DNA of 64,000 nucleotides, from IMG/VR virus record IMGVR_UViG_3300019888_000107, positions 46,391 through 110,390 of that record; one strand, written 5' to 3'. The translations under genes and the position numbers were made by a program. Shown here one piece after another: positions 47,000 to 56,863 of the stretch (position 1 is the stretch's first letter; each line of letters starts with the position of its first letter). Under the pieces are notes generated by a model, which was given only the letters and a program-made list of their open reading frames with translations, did not search any database and was not told the DNA's origin. Origin of the DNA: a virus.

Positions 47000-47335
47000 C
47001 TATCCGGCGTGATAGGCGTTGAGGATCTCGTTGGGGATCCGGCCCTTGTCTCTCACCGTGAAACCACGCTCCCTGGCCCACGTGCGGATGTCCGCCAGTT
47101 TCTCCTTGTCCGTGGCCCCGGGCCGGACGCGCTTTGGCCCGCCACGGGAACTGGCGGATGGTCGCCGCGCTGCCCCTACAAACGGGGCGAGGCCGGCGCG
47201 CAACTTCTCGGCGTTCTCGCTGGACAGGTCGATCTCGTAGGTCCGTCCGTCGAGGGCGAACTCCACGAGTGCTACGTCGTCCCCGGTGCTGCCGTCCATG
47301 TCATCTTGCAGGACGACGGTTACTTCTTGAGCCAT
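47000..47335 (-). CDS. lsr2: Lsr2 nucleoid-associated protein
   Basis: MAQEVTVVLQDDMDG..YEIDLS..IRTWARERG..KGRIP. Confidence 0.95.
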   Translation of the reverse strand: MAQEVTVVLQDDMDGSTGDDVALVEFALDGRTYEIDLSSENAEKLRAGLAPFVGAARRPSASSRGGPKRVRPGATDKEKLADIRTWARERGFTVRDKGRIPNEILNAYHAG

Positions 47336-48327
47336 TCGTTCTCCTAGTCGAGGGGGTAATGCCACCAGACTATAGCGGTTATTGCGTGATAGCGTCGCGG
47401 CTATGGACACCGAGTGGAATACTACGCCCAAGCGGGATGAGGTTCGTATTACCTCACCAGAGGTCCACCCGCATCGCAGCCGGAAGAACACCCGCCGTTG
47501 GTGCCGGGGCGTTCCCGGCCGGGAGCACGTCATTGGGGTGACGCCAGGGAAAAACGGCCTTTACATGCTGGCCCGTTACGGCGCCGACAACCCGCACGCA
47601 CTCTGCCGCTGGCATGAAAAGCATGCGTGGACCTGGGTCGATGGTGTGCGCCGATGGGTCGGTAAGGGCGACTGGTACTGGTCGTGCCAGCACGTATACA
47701 CCTGCGGCGAGTGTGGCAAGGTGATGGGTGACGTACCCGGGCGGGAGTGCCCTGATTGGAAGCCGAGGACACCGTGAATGATCTTGAGTTCCTCACTTTC
47801 GAGACCGTCGTCGAGGTCACCCGGAAATTCCAACCGGAGTGGCGCCATGGCCAGACGGTGTATAACGTCCTGCGGGTGCTGCGGCCCGACCTTGAAGCCC
47901 AGATCGCGCACACCGAGCTGGACTGCTTTCAACACGACGAGCGGGTGCCGCGGCTGCTGAACTGGTTGCGTACTGGTGTCCCCGCTGTACCGGCCCGGAG
48001 GCCATGATGAAGCACTTCAGCTTCCGCTACCGAGACGACGGTCAGGTTCTGCTGGACATCAGTGAATGCCGCTGGTGGTGGGATGCGCTCGTCCATGCCG
48101 CCGATGGCGTCTGCGCGTTGAGTCGGCACCGGCTGTGCGGCAGTCTTGTTGCGTGGGCTTACGGCGTGAATGAGCGGCACATCAGGTATCAGCTGAGCAT
48201 CCCCGTTGACCGGGAGCAGTGGGTTGCGTGGGCCACGATGATGGGCGACGACGATCCGTCCTGGCCGTGGTGGGAGGACGAGCCTCTCGCTGATCGTGGC
48301 GAACTCCATGACGGGGAAAACGAGGCC

Positions 48328-48357
48328 TTGACAGACGATCTCCGTCGGGGTGAGGAT
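48328..48357 (+). promoter_or_regulatory. Putative promoter for the tRNA cluster
   Basis: Perfect TTGACA at 48328; weak -10 GAGGAT at 48352. Confidence 0.45.
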
Positions 48358-48364
48358 GGATAGC

Positions 48365-48439
48365 GCCGGGGCCAGTGACCCCGTACCAGGTCAGTTCGAG
48401 TCCGGAGTGCACGCCGGCCGGCGCTGGTTCCCGGCTCCA
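48365..48439 (+). ncRNA. tRNA-like small RNA (long terminal stem + T-CCA)
   Basis: GCCGGGGCCAGTG pairs with CGCTGGTTCCCGGC, followed by TCCA; internal GTTCGAGTCC. Confidence 0.4.
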
Positions 48440-48440
48440 C

Positions 48441-48513
48441 AGCGGGATGGTGCAGCTGGTAGCATACTGGGCTCATAACCCGGAGATCGTGGGTTCGAAT
48501 CCCACTCCCGCAA
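48441..48513 (+). tRNA. tRNA-fMet (CAT)
   Basis: Cloverleaf; 1:72 mismatch; GGG/CCC anticodon stem. Confidence 0.92.
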
Positions 48514-48517
48514 CTAC

Positions 48518-48590
48518 GGTGAGATAGCTCAGCTGGTAGAGCGCCGATCTGAAGAGTCGGAGGCCGCTGGTTCGACACCAGCTCTTACCA
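48518..48590 (+). tRNA. tRNA-Phe (GAA)
   Basis: Cloverleaf; CCGAT-CTGAAGA-GTCGG. Confidence 0.92.
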
Positions 48591-48618
48591 CGTGGGTCTA
48601 GGCCAGCCGATGCACGAA

Positions 48619-48693
48619 CGGGATGTAGCTCAGTTGGTTCAGAGTGTCGGTTTTGGGAACCGAAAGTCGTGGGTTCGAGTCCCGCCATCCCGA
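48619..48693 (+). tRNA. tRNA-Pro (TGG)
   Basis: Cloverleaf; TCGGT-TTTGGGA-ACCGA. Confidence 0.93.
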
Positions 48694-48717
48694 CTAAAGG
48701 TTCTACTGAGACACTAT

Positions 48718-48805
48718 GGCGAGTTGACCGAGTGGTATGGTAGCCGTTTCGAAAACGGTAGTCGGGGGCAACCCCGCGCAGGTTCGAATCCTGCACTCGC
48801 CGCCA
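48718..48805 (+). tRNA. tRNA-Ser (CGA)
   Basis: Long variable arm, G73, encoded CCA. Confidence 0.93.
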
Positions 48806-48806
48806 A

Positions 48807-48888
48807 CCAGGGCCGCCACCGATGGCGAGGTGGGACGGGTTGTAGCCCCGTTGCTTCGGCTTAGGGAGTTCGAATCTCTCGCCCTGGA
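48807..48888 (+). tRNA. tRNA-Tyr (GTA)
   Basis: ACGGG-TTGTAGC-CCCGT; variable arm; C1:G72. Confidence 0.82.
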
Positions 48889-48896
48889 CTACACAA

Positions 48897-48970
48897 GCCC
48901 CCGTCGCTCAACTGGGAGAAGCAACGGCCTTAAGCACCGTACAGTGAGTGTTCGAATCACTCCGGGGGTA
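48897..48970 (+). tRNA. tRNA-Leu (TAA), short variable arm
   Basis: ACGGC-CTTAAGC-ACCGT; T-arm GAGTG-TTCGAAT-CACTC. Confidence 0.82.
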
Positions 48971-48980
48971 CGTGGTAGAT

Positions 48981-49054
48981 CTCGGTGTATCCCAACTGGT
49001 AGAGGACGCCGGCTCAAACCCGGTGGGTTGCGAGTTCGACTCTCGCCACCGAGA
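48981..49054 (+). tRNA. tRNA-Leu (CAA), short variable arm
   Basis: GCCGG-CTCAAAC-CCGGT. Confidence 0.88.
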
Positions 49055-49071
49055 CGTAGTATTCTAGCAAC

Positions 49072-49145
49072 GCCCGGGTATCCCAACTGGAAGAGGACCA
49101 TGGCTTAGACCCATGTGGTTGAGAGTTCGAATCTCTCCTCGGGCA
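49072..49145 (+). tRNA. tRNA-Leu (TAG), short variable arm
   Basis: CATGG-CTTAGAC-CCATG. Confidence 0.88.
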
Positions 49146-49257
49146 CGAGAGAGGGGTAGACCGGGTGATGACTCCCGCGTGACGCTCAACGTCGGGACGC
49201 CGATACCGAGCTAATGGTGTAGACAGCACGCCCCTCGTAAATTCACCCATTTCACAA

Positions 49258-49329
49258 TTCCCTGTAGTGTAACTGGCAGCACGCCGTCTTTTGGTGTCGG
49301 TAGTCCAGGTCCGACTCCTGGTGGGGAAG
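49258..49329 (+). tRNA. tRNA-Gln (TTG)
   Basis: CCGTC-TTTTGGT-GTCGG; T-loop TCCGACT; G73. Confidence 0.82.
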
Positions 49330-49331
49330 CT

Positions 49332-49410
49332 GTGAGCGAAGCCAAAGTGGCCGAGGCGCCAGGTTGTGGACCTGGAAATTTAGCGGGTTCAAGTCCCGTC
49401 GCTCACCCCA
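49332..49410 (+). tRNA. tRNA-His (GTG)
   Basis: CCAGG-TTGTGGA-CCTGG; C73-CCA. Confidence 0.88.
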
Positions 49411-49436
49411 ACGTAACAGACCGCACACGAAAGAGG

Positions 49437-50090
49437 ATGACGTTGACCGATCCGAACTACACCGCGATCATGCTACTGGTCGACCGCAGTGGCTCTATGC
49501 AGTCCATCCGCGAGTCCGCCGAAGCAGGTATCCACGAGTTCATCGTCAGTCAGGCCGCGCAGACCACCGGCCGACGCACCATCCGGCTGGCTCAGTTCGA
49601 CATGGAATACGAACTTGTGCACCCGTCCGTGCTGGCGAAAGACGCTCCGACATTCACCCTTCAGCCCCGGGGCAGTACCGCGCTGCTCGACGCTATGGGG
49701 CGCTCGATTGGGGAGTTCGGTGCTGAGCTGGCCGCGCTGCCGGAGGACCAGCGCCCGGGAACGGTGATCTATGCCGTGATGACTGACGGCGCGGAGAACA
49801 GTTCCCGTGAGTTTACCTGGGACACCATCAAGGCCGTGGTCGAGCACCAAGAAAGCCACTACGGCTGGGAGATCCTGTACCTGGGTGCCAATCAGGACGC
49901 CATCGCCACCGGCGCCAATCTCGGGATCCGGGTGAGCCGCTCCATGACGTACAGCGCGTCGGGCGTCGGTACCAAAGCCGCATACAACTCGATGCATACG
50001 TACGTGGCGACCGCGGCCACGGGAGCGCCGGCCACCTTCACCGACGAAGATCGGCAAGCGGCCATGGCCACCGACGATGATGATGAGTGA
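49437..50090 (+). CDS. von Willebrand factor A domain protein
   Basis: MIDAS DRSGSM, GSTALLDA, TDGAENSS. Confidence 0.9.
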   Translation: MTLTDPNYTAIMLLVDRSGSMQSIRESAEAGIHEFIVSQAAQTTGRRTIRLAQFDMEYELVHPSVLAKDAPTFTLQPRGSTALLDAMGRSIGEFGAELAALPEDQRPGTVIYAVMTDGAENSSREFTWDTIKAVVEHQESHYGWEILYLGANQDAIATGANLGIRVSRSMTYSASGVGTKAAYNSMHTYVATAATGAPATFTDEDRQAAMATDDDDE

Positions 50091-50203
50091 CAGCTATTGA
50101 CGCGGCTGCACATTATGGCCGCTGTTCGATCTTTACGGCCACGGCCAAGATCAACGGCCATGAAGATCACGCAGCGGCCAAACCTGAGAATGGGGGTGGC
50201 CAT

Positions 50204-50959
50204 GTGATCATTGCTGTTGTGGGAGATACCCACGGGAATATGGCCTGGGTGTGCAACAGCGTGATCCCGTACGCGGTGGAGCAAGGCGCGGAGAAGCTCG
50301 TGCAAGTCGGCGACTTCGGCTTCGTCGGGATGGGCCCCCATCAGGACATGCGGTTGCAACGACTGACGGATGCCCTGGACGCTGCGGGGATCGACCTACA
50401 CTTCCTGCCCGGCAACCACGAGGATCATGCCCAGCTCGCGCTCATGGCCGAGGCCGCCCCGCTCAGCCCCGACGGGCACTACCAGCTGACACCGCGGATC
50501 TTCTACACCGGCCGGGTCGCGTCGTGGGAGTGGGACGGTGTTCCGATGGCGGCGGTCGGGGGAGCGGTGTCGATCGACCGGGAGTGGTGCCAGCAGCAAG
50601 AGCGCGAGTACGGGCTCAAGAGCTGGTGGCCCGAGGAGATCCTGAGCCTGGTCGAGATCGACGACGCCAAAGCCATCGGGCCGGTCGACATCCTGTTCAG
50701 CCACGACGCCCCGGCGGACTTCCCCATCGACGGGCTGATCCCCGACCTGGACTCCGCAGCGAACCGCCAGGTGATGACTGATATCGGCCGGGCGCTAACC
50801 CCACGAATCTGGCGGCACGGGCACTACCACCGCCGGCTGACCTATCAGTTCCATCATGATCGGGGTGACTGTAAGGTGATCGCTTTGGACTGTGATGGGT
50901 CAACGCCCGAGGGCAACGTCTCCATTCTCGATCTAGCTACCGTCGGAGCCGCCGCGTGA
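50204..50959 (+). CDS. Calcineurin-like metallophosphoesterase
   Basis: GDTHG, GDFG, GNHED, SHDAP, HGHYH. Confidence 0.9.
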   Translation: MIIAVVGDTHGNMAWVCNSVIPYAVEQGAEKLVQVGDFGFVGMGPHQDMRLQRLTDALDAAGIDLHFLPGNHEDHAQLALMAEAAPLSPDGHYQLTPRIFYTGRVASWEWDGVPMAAVGGAVSIDREWCQQQEREYGLKSWWPEEILSLVEIDDAKAIGPVDILFSHDAPADFPIDGLIPDLDSAANRQVMTDIGRALTPRIWRHGHYHRRLTYQFHHDRGDCKVIALDCDGSTPEGNVSILDLATVGAAA

Positions 50960-52235
50960 TACCAATCGAACAGGTCCGCCAGCACGCAGCACGCTACCCG
51001 TCGGCTGTCGTCGGCAAGGTCATCAACGCCGATCTACTCCTCGCGTATCTGGCCCTCGCGCACGATCACCATGACGACGACGCATCGTGCCCCGAGGCGG
51101 ATGAGCCATATGTGGCCAGCATGACACTTGCCCGGTTCATCGAGGCCCATGCCGCATAGGTGGGGCACCCCCGGCCCGTCTGGCGATTGCTATGGACGCG
51201 AGGGTGCCCCGTGCTCGGCGCTTACTCCGGCCCCATGCGCGCGCTATAGACCGGCCGCCCAGCTCATCACAGTGTATACCCGGGCGGCCGAGCCATCTGA
51301 TCTACCCGTTGCGGTGGCAGTACCAGCAGGCCCGATGATCGCCGCGCCCTTGAGACCACGCGTCGCACATGCGGTGTTTCCCGAGCCTGCACAGCGTTTC
51401 GGCGTGCAGCTCGCGCTTCCACCGGTACTCCCACGCGAGGCTGAGATGGTTGCGCGGGCCACCGGGTAGATCGCGGCAGCGCCGACTACCGGGAAGGTGA
51501 TCGAGCGGGTGGAACTGGGAGAAATCGAGACTCTGAAACGTAGGTCGTGGCATCTAAGGGGCCCGCTGACGGGGGCTAGCCGGTGTGTGGGTGGACGGGG
51601 CCATCGGCGGCGTTACCCGTCCGGAGCGCATCTTTGGCCGCCCGCTCGATCTCCACGTTACCCGATTCCGCGAACAGGACGCACCCGCACCGGGTATCGC
51701 ACTCACCGAAGTAGCGCGTCGTCCGGCCCTCGACACGGTGCACGTAGGCCAGGTGCCCGCACCGGCACGGCATGGCCAGGTAGCCCGTCGGCTCAGTCAT
51801 GACAGCGGCCATACTCGACGCAGCTCTCCCAGCTCGGCCTCAGTTACCGGCCCATGCTCGGCCTCTAGCTCGGCGACGAGTTCGAGCGCCCCTGCGAGAT
51901 CGGGTGGCAGGGGTGGTGTCGCCGCGACGATCGCTCGCCAGCAGGACATACAGAACGTGTTGATCAGTTCGTTGCGCCCGACCTTCGTGGAGTCCGGCGT
52001 CCAGCGGAGCACCGTCACGATCTCAACTTCGAACGGGTCCACCGCCGTGCCGCAACGTCCGCAGTGCGTGTCGTCAACCTCGGTCATGAAATGATCAACA
52101 GCGCCCAAGCTCGGAGGGAGGGGTTCGGTCATATCTTCGGCGTGGCGTCGTCGTTGGGCGGGTACTCAGCGCCCAGCTTCTCCAGCAGCTCCGCCTCGTC
52201 GTAATCCGCGGTCTGGTCCGGTTCAGGCTCGGTCA

Positions 52236-52814
52236 TCAGGAACCTTCCTTGATCAACGTGTGAACTTCGTGTAGTCCGATCGGGCGCCAGTCGCAGACGT
52301 CCACCCCCACGTTGATTTGCCGGCCGTCCACCGCCCATGCGTCGTGGACGTGCCCGTGGAGTAGCCACAGACCCTTGTCGCGCAGCCGGTACTGCGGGTA
52401 GCGCTCGGGTTCGCCGCGGTCGCCCTCATAAGGAAAATGGGACAGCACCACCTCAAGATTCTTAGCGACCCGGCGGCGGGCGAACGCCTGGACCGAATCG
52501 AACACCTCCAACCACGTTCGTTGGCGCCGGTGGGCGTGGCGATGGCCGGGCCACGGGGCGTCGTGGTTGCCGGCGATGAGGTGCTTGTGTCCGTTGCACC
52601 GGGCAACGCAGGCGAGGGCATGATCATCCGACCGGGGTCCGCCGACGTCGCCGAGGTGCCACACGTGATCGTCCGGGCGTACTACCGCGTTCCATCGCTC
52701 GATGAGGTGCTCGTCGTGTTCCTCGACGGTCGCGAACGGGCGCCAGCCTTTCCCGGTGGCCGCCATCGCGTTGTGCCCGAAGTGGGTGTCGGACGTGAAC
52801 CAGATTCCACTCAC
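52236..52814 (-). CDS. Calcineurin-like metallophosphoesterase (second)
   Basis: SDTHFGH, HLGD, GNHD, HGHVH, NVGVD. Confidence 0.9.
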   Translation of the reverse strand: MSGIWFTSDTHFGHNAMAATGKGWRPFATVEEHDEHLIERWNAVVRPDDHVWHLGDVGGPRSDDHALACVARCNGHKHLIAGNHDAPWPGHRHAHRRQRTWLEVFDSVQAFARRRVAKNLEVVLSHFPYEGDRGEPERYPQYRLRDKGLWLLHGHVHDAWAVDGRQINVGVDVCDWRPIGLHEVHTLIKEGS

Positions 52815-52883
52815 GTAAGCCAGGTTACCGAAGATCGGTACCGCCTGCGCTCTTGCCCCGTGATACAGATCCGCCTCATTTGT

Positions 52884-53134
52884 ATCTGGCACGAATCTGG
52901 CACGAAACCATGTGAATCTTGCCCGATATGGGCTTGACCAGCATGTATACTGAACTACGAAACAGATGCTGCCGCAGCTCTCAGGGTGGTCGTTAGGCAC
53001 CCAAACAATACCCATAGACGTCCTTAGAAGCCCATCTACCTGCACAAATGAGACTCGATCCCGCTGGACTCAGAAGTCAGAGACGGCCATAGAAGTACAC
53101 TCGATCTGGCACGATCTGGCACGAATCTGGCATA
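52884..53134. other. Probable attP with arm-type integrase sites
   Basis: ATCTGGCAC(G) at 52884, 52895, 53104, 53114 and ATCTGGCAT at 53125, flanking a non-coding gap upstream of int. Confidence 0.75.
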
Positions 53135-53149
53135 TTGAAAGGTTTGATC

Positions 53150-54373
53150 ATGGGCCAGGCCCCCCGCAAGGCCACCTTCGGCAGCGTCCGCAAACTCCCC
53201 TCCGGGCGCTTCCAAGCCCGCTACACCGGCCCGGACGGAATCACCTATACCGCGCGCCGCGAGGAGGACGGCGGCCCGCTCACCTTCGGTACCAAGACCG
53301 CCGCCAACGCGTGGTTGTCGATACGGCAGTCGGAGATCGTGCGCGACGCATGGCTACCGCCGGCCAAGCCCGAGGCACCCCCAGTCACCTTGCGGGAGTA
53401 CGCCAATCCGTGGCTCGTCGACCGCGAGCTGGCGGTGCGCACCCGCGAGCTGTACGCGCGGTTACTGCGCAACCACATCTACCCGCCGCTCGGCGACATC
53501 CCGATTCCAGACATCACGCCGGCCATGGTGCGCGCCTGGCACGCAAAGCTCGCCCGCGCCGGGGAGGTGACCCGCAACGGCAAGAAGATCAAAACCAAAG
53601 ATCGACCGACCTGCCGTGCGCACGCCTACCGCCTGCTGTCCTCGATCATGCACACAGCGGTGACTGACGAGATCATCCCCGCCAACCCGTGCCGGATCCG
53701 GGGGGCTGGTGAAGTGAAACGTGCGAAGGAGATCGAGCCGGCGAGCCTGGCTGAGCTGGAGACTATCGTCAAGGCGATGCCTAACCAATATCAGCTGATG
53801 ATCTTGCTGGGCGCGTGGTGCGCGCTGCGGTTCGGGGAGCTTGCGGAACTACGTCGGTCCGACATCGACCTGACCAAACAGGTGGTGCGTATCCGTCGGG
53901 GTGTCGTCACCACGAGTCACGGTCGCCTGGTCAAGGGGCCCAAGAGCGAGGCGGCGCGGCGCCCGGTGGCCATCCCGCCGCACCTGATGCCTGCAATCAA
54001 GGCGCATCTACGCGATCACGCTGAGGGTGGCCCGGACGGACTGCTATTCCGCGCCTACAGCGGCGACCACCTCGCGGTATCCACCAACCACAGGATGTTC
54101 GCCTACGCCCGCGAGGCCGCCGGCCGCCCCGACCTACGCTTCCACGATCTGCGCCATACCGGTGCCGTGCTGGCCGCGTCGACCGGCGCCACCCTCGCGG
54201 AGCTGATGAACCGACTGGGACACACCACTCCCACCATGGCCCTGCGCTACCAGCACGCGTCGCAAGCCCGGGACCGGGTGATCGCCGACGCGCTGTCCGA
54301 GCTGGTCGCTGGCAACGTGACCCCGATCGGGGAGGCCAAGTCGGTGCGGGAGCCGGGGCGCAAGTCGGGCTGA
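53150..54373 (+). CDS. int: Tyrosine integrase (L5-like)
   Basis: GSVRKLPSGRFQARY; LRFGE; FHDLRH; LGH; RY. Confidence 0.95.
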   Translation: MGQAPRKATFGSVRKLPSGRFQARYTGPDGITYTARREEDGGPLTFGTKTAANAWLSIRQSEIVRDAWLPPAKPEAPPVTLREYANPWLVDRELAVRTRELYARLLRNHIYPPLGDIPIPDITPAMVRAWHAKLARAGEVTRNGKKIKTKDRPTCRAHAYRLLSSIMHTAVTDEIIPANPCRIRGAGEVKRAKEIEPASLAELETIVKAMPNQYQLMILLGAWCALRFGELAELRRSDIDLTKQVVRIRRGVVTTSHGRLVKGPKSEAARRPVAIPPHLMPAIKAHLRDHAEGGPDGLLFRAYSGDHLAVSTNHRMFAYAREAAGRPDLRFHDLRHTGAVLAASTGATLAELMNRLGHTTPTMALRYQHASQARDRVIADALSELVAGNVTPIGEAKSVREPGRKSG

Positions 54374-54403
54374 GTGTCCTGCTGTGGTTGGTAGAATGGC
54401 GCC

Positions 54404-54592
54404 ATGGCCGTCGAGTACCTGACTGTCGCGGAGGCGGCGGAGAAGTTGAGCATTTCGGCGCGCACGCTGCACCGGTGGATCAACGAGGGGGAGATCCCCG
54501 GTTACACCGTCGGCCAGGCCAAGCGCCTGATCAGGATCAAGGTCAGCGACGTCGAGGCCCTGGTGAAGCCCATCCCCAACGCGAGAAGCTGA
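54404..54592 (+). CDS. xis: Excisionase-like HTH
   Basis: YLTVAEAAEKLSISARTLHRWINEG, adjacent to int. Confidence 0.75.
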   Translation: MAVEYLTVAEAAEKLSISARTLHRWINEGEIPGYTVGQAKRLIRIKVSDVEALVKPIPNARS

Positions 54593-55939
54593 CTGAGAAC
54601 TGACCCTAGCCACTTTGCAACACCGTGTGCTAAGGTTCCTACATGATCACATTCACGTGCACGCGCTGCCACCGTACGAGCGCCAACCCCAACGACGTCC
54701 GCGAGGGCTACTGCGGGGCGTGTCACGACTGGACAGGGTACGCCATCGGGTTCGATGGCGTACTTCCGTGCGGCTGCGAACTCAGCGCCCGCGACCACTC
54801 CTGCGGACCCTCAGCCCATACCGACGCACCCGAAAACGAGGCGTGATCATGACCCACTTCGGTGGCAACGTCGATGATCCGATCGATAGATACGAGGATT
54901 CTGACAGGCGGGTCGATGCACTGCTGAGCCCCGAGGTAATCCGTAAAGCCCGGGATGCCTGGGAGGCCCTAAAGTCTGAGCGCGGCCGGTTAGTCGATAT
55001 CGGGGCCCAGACCGAGGACCATGACGCAGACTTCCGAGAGTCTATTCAAACCCAGATCGAGCTGATCGAAACCGCGCTAGACAGCCTTAACAACGCGCTA
55101 CCCCTCGTGGTCAAGGCGGGAAACGCCGACGCACCCGATAAGGAGATGTGATCATGAGCACCCCCAGTGAACGCACGCACACCAAGCGCGCCATGAAGAC
55201 ACCCAAGTTCGAGCTGTCCGACGACGTCATGAAGGCCGTGTATGCCCTGGGTAGCGAGCTGAACGAGGCGCTCGGCGTGCTGCGTGCGCGGTATGACCGG
55301 CAGCCCCAGTGGTGGACGGACATCGACGAGGCGGTCACGATCTCTGCCTGGCTAGAAGAGCTTGATGACCTGGCCGGAACGTTGGAGGACTTTGACCAAC
55401 GCCCACGGATCACGGAGGAGGAGTCGTGAGCGCACCCAGTACTGGCAGTCATATCGAGCCGAACACCGACAACGCGACATGGCAGGCGGCGCGGCTATCC
55501 CGGCTCGCGGAGCGCCTGTCGGGGTACCCCGAGGTCACGCTGCACTACCAATCCATCGGAGGTGGCCGGTGGAGGGCGCAGGTTCGAGTACGGAGGTATC
55601 GCCAACGAGCGCCTTGGCTGATCAGCTATGGCCTGACGCCTGACCTTGCTCTTCGCCGCCTTTACGCGCAGACACAGCGGTACGCGCTCGACAATGCGCC
55701 GGAGGCCCTTGGGATGACCCGAAACATCCACGGCCGAGAAGGCACACCAGGCACGCCGGAGATCCAGTGAGTTGGCTGGAGTGGACCCGGATCAACCTCG
55801 GCCACTACGTCACCACCGGCCACCCGGGCGACCGCTTCGAGATCATCCACATCGAAGCCGGGTGGGAACTCACCGATCGCTACACCAGCAACGTCGCCAT
55901 CACCTCCACCTTGAAAGCACCGCCGAGGAGAGCTGACCA

Positions 55940-56527
55940 ATGACCACTACCGTGCTGCCCACCCGCCCGCACAGCCACGCCACCACCCTGACCGCTACCG
56001 ACCCGTATCAGACCGAGCTGCGGGAGACCGTGGTGTGGGTGGATCGCGCCTACAACGACTGCCCCCGTTGCCACCAGCCTGGTCAGCGCGTTGTCGATCA
56101 GTGCCCGGTGCAGATCAACGGCGGCGCATGCGTCGGAGGAGAGATCGAGGAATGGGACCAGAGGCACGGCTGCGGTGAGTGGCTGTCGGTGGATTGGGAG
56201 GTTGTCGAGCCGGCCGGCGACGAGCCCACCGACGAAGAGATCCGCGTGGTAGCCACCCGCCTGCTGATCGCTCGTGACCAGGAGCTCGCCAAGACCAACG
56301 CCGAGATCAAGACTCGTCTGGTCACCGAGCTGCGGGAGGCCCTAGGGCGCCTGGCCGAGCCCCTGGAAGCCGACGAGACCGACGAGGATCGCTGCGAGGA
56401 AGTTCGTACCGGCTCCGACACCGAGCCAGGAGTCTGCCGCGATGGGCACCTATGGCTGGCGTGGGACTACACCTCAGCGGCTGAGGTCGGCGACGACACG
56501 ATCACTGTGACCGAGCGGGAGGTCTGA
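55940..56527 (+). CDS. Hypothetical Cys-containing protein
   Basis: RBS GAGGAG; CPRC, HGCG. Confidence 0.55.
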   Translation: MTTTVLPTRPHSHATTLTATDPYQTELRETVVWVDRAYNDCPRCHQPGQRVVDQCPVQINGGACVGGEIEEWDQRHGCGEWLSVDWEVVEPAGDEPTDEEIRVVATRLLIARDQELAKTNAEIKTRLVTELREALGRLAEPLEADETDEDRCEEVRTGSDTEPGVCRDGHLWLAWDYTSAAEVGDDTITVTEREV

Positions 56528-56528
56528 G

Positions 56529-56861
56529 GTGGCGGACGATGCCGACGACCAGGTCAAGGCCGCGCTCACCGAGATCTTCCACCCCGACGAGCCCGATCCC
56601 GAGTTCGACGTGGACAACCTGCTGAACCGTGCAATGACGGCGGCTGGCGTGCCCGAGACCTGGACCGTGGACGAGTGCGCGGCGGAATGGAGCATCGTCC
56701 CTTCGACGTGGCGGAGTTACGTGCGTGCTGGTCGGGCGCCGCAACCGCTGCTGGGCTACGACGAGAAACGGCGTCGGCTGTGGGACGCGGAGGCGGTGCG
56801 CAACTGGCCACGACCTGGGCAAGGGGCCCGTAGCGATCTGAGTAAGAAGGGGGAGAGCTGA
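56529..56861 (+). CDS. HTH DNA-binding protein
   Basis: STWRSYVRAGRAPQP..W..RPGQGARSDL. Confidence 0.7.
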   Translation: MADDADDQVKAALTEIFHPDEPDPEFDVDNLLNRAMTAAGVPETWTVDECAAEWSIVPSTWRSYVRAGRAPQPLLGYDEKRRRLWDAEAVRNWPRPGQGARSDLSKKGES

Positions 56862-56863
56862 GC

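Noticed and set aside
49332-49436. N-terminal extension of the vWA ORF
   Set aside because: Overlaps tRNA-His; the ATG at 49437 has an RBS.
53062-53082. tRNA anticodon-like att core (GGACTCAGAAGTC)
   Set aside because: Pairing is imperfect; cannot assign attB without a search.
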